Assembly: GCA_965178125.1 (NCBI GenBank)
Contig: OZ237765.1
Location: 310,001-374,000, forward strand
Direction of reading: 5' to 3'
Length of the DNA stretch: 64,000 nt
Source of the DNA: Bilabrum cf. latius
Taxonomy: Eukaryota
Below are positions 62,454-64,000 of this stretch, one piece after another. Under the pieces are notes generated by a model. That model saw nothing but the letters and a program-made list of their open reading frames with translations. It did no database searches and was not told the DNA's origin. Numbering within the stretch: position 1 is the stretch's first letter; every line of letters starts with the position of its first letter. The position numbers and the translations under genes are program-made.

Positions 62454-64000
62454 ATGCAACAACCCGCACAGGCGGCAACGGACGATTCCGAACATGATGA
62501 GGGCCTGCTCAACCAAGGCGGGGCCGCCGGCGCAGACCCAGCCTTGGCGGGAAGCAATGAAACTAGCACACACGATGGCGACACCGAAGCTGGCGCTGGT
62601 GCAGCAGGCGTTGGTGGCAGCTCCACAGGAGAAGCGGTTTCGTCCTTGTAGCTGACGGCGGAGGCTAGCGAGGCTCCATCAGGTCCGGCGGCGCAGTCTG
62701 CCACCATGCGTGAATCCGATAACGGTACGCATGATTCTGATGACGATGATAGCTGGCTGGAGGAAAGCGCGATTCCACCTCCACCGACGGAAGCCGTGCC
62801 GCCGCCACCGGTTGTCAAGGACGTGCTGAAGCGCATGCCGGCCCCGCGGGGCGCGGGGGCTGAAGAGAGCAAGACGGGCGAGGGCGAGTCTGATGACGAA
62901 GCCGCTGGCGCTGCGGGTCGCCATGCCGGCGAGGAGGGCAAGGAGGAGCAGGAGGAGGAGCCAGACGACGAAGACGCCGCCGAGGTGCGAGGGCGGTTCG
63001 AGCGCACAGCCCGCGAGGCGGAGATTGTCGTCGGGGTGGTGTCTCCAGCTGCCGCGGCCGCGCAAGAGGCCGCTCTAGAGGCGGCTCGGCTGCGGGACGC
63101 CGAGAGGTCAGCCCGTGACTTCGCCCGGCGCGAGGCCTCTCTCGCTCGCTTGGAGGAGCAGGCGAAGCGCCGAGTGGACGCCACGCAGCAGCAGGCCGCC
63201 TCGGAGCTGAGACGGCGAGCCAGGGAGGCGCGGGAGGGCAGGGAGGGGGAGGAGGAGGCGGTGAGGCGCGAGTACCGGCGGGCGCAGGCAAAGCTCGTCA
63301 CGGCGCTGGAGCAGCAGCAGGCCATTGTCAGCGAGAAGTACGGTGTGCTCAAGTCCGAGAAGGAATGGGAAATTGAGGGGAAGCTGGAGGAGGTGGTGGG
63401 TCGCAGGAGGCACGGGGGCAGCGACACCTGGCGGGACGAGAGCACCGGTGCTGTCAGGAGGCTGCGAGTGGAGTGGCGAGATGTGCCCTAGCCTCTTGAG
63501 ATCCGGTTGCACCAGATCCGGGCTCTCAAGGGCAAGGCAAAGGCAGGCCGGTACGCCTTGCTGGTGACCCTATACGACCGCCTCGGGGGCACTCCCATGC
63601 GCTGGAGCCGACTGGGCCTCAAGAGCGGGCTGGCCTCGGCTGCCAGGCCAGGGGCCTCGAGGCCGGTCCGGCACCGGGGCCGGTTCTACGATACGGAGCT
63701 TGATTTCAGGGGATAGAAGGTGTACGCGGTGAGTCCGCCGGAGGCCTCGCTGAAGCCCTCGCACGTGTTCGTGATCGAGCTGTTCCGACTGGGGTCCAGG
63801 CAGGACCCCGTCGACACTGTCGTTGGGTGGACGGCCCTGCCCGCAGCCGACGCGAATCTGAGAGCTGCTCGGGGCCGGTTCCGACTGCCGGTGCTGCGCG
63901 GCGAGGTGGACCCCACGCTGGACCAGTACCGCAAGATGGAGTCTGCCATGCTGGGCGACCTGGACCGGTGGCTGGCCAACCTGTACCTCGAGGTGACACC
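62454..64000 (+). CDS. OFCC1-like protein with coiled coil and C2-like domain; runs off the window end
   Basis: VP*PLEIRL..RALKGK...GRY.LLV.LYDRLGG..MRWS and GRFRLPVLRGE..DLDRWLANLY resemble OFCC1-type proteins as recalled, not searched. In-frame TAG at 62649, 63489 and 63714. Confidence 0.55.

Noticed and set aside
1799-64000. Interpreting the TAG-broken genes as pseudogenes or RIP-like C-to-T hypermutation
   Set aside because: Random decay or CpA/CpG deamination would also create TAA, TGA and frameshifts. Only TAG is seen, and conserved housekeeping genes are otherwise intact.

Overview
GC-rich, gene-dense, intron-poor nuclear DNA from a eukaryote, probably a heterotrophic flagellate protist. 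The gene content is compatible with a stramenopile, but that is only an inference. The dominant signal is a non-standard genetic code. Nearly every gene is broken by in-frame TAG codons (about 100-110 by hand count) and continues in the same frame. No internal TAA or TGA was seen, and complete genes end in TGA (16) or TAA (3). TAG occupies conserved Gln positions (Bud32 LLA*GAEG, (6-4) photolyase EPYAV*RD) and sits in Gln-rich tracts, so UAG=Gln with UAA/UGA as stops is strongly indicated. Under that code the fragmented ORF track collapses into about 21 genes: GH3 glycosidase, TmcB-like PAS membrane protein, V-ATPase subunit e, mucolipin, a secreted glycosyltransferase-like protein, a 2609-aa orphan membrane protein, PhyH-like dioxygenase, RBM5/10-like protein, LamG+Sel1 membrane protein, (6-4) photolyase/cryptochrome, TALE homeobox protein, PET117, a head-to-head pair of secreted MACPF-like proteins, NmrA-like oxidoreductase, TPR protein, TBCCD1, Bud32, an OFCC1-like protein and two hypotheticals. 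No tRNA, rRNA, CRISPR array or mobile element was recognised. All family calls come from motif recognition by eye, not from database searches.
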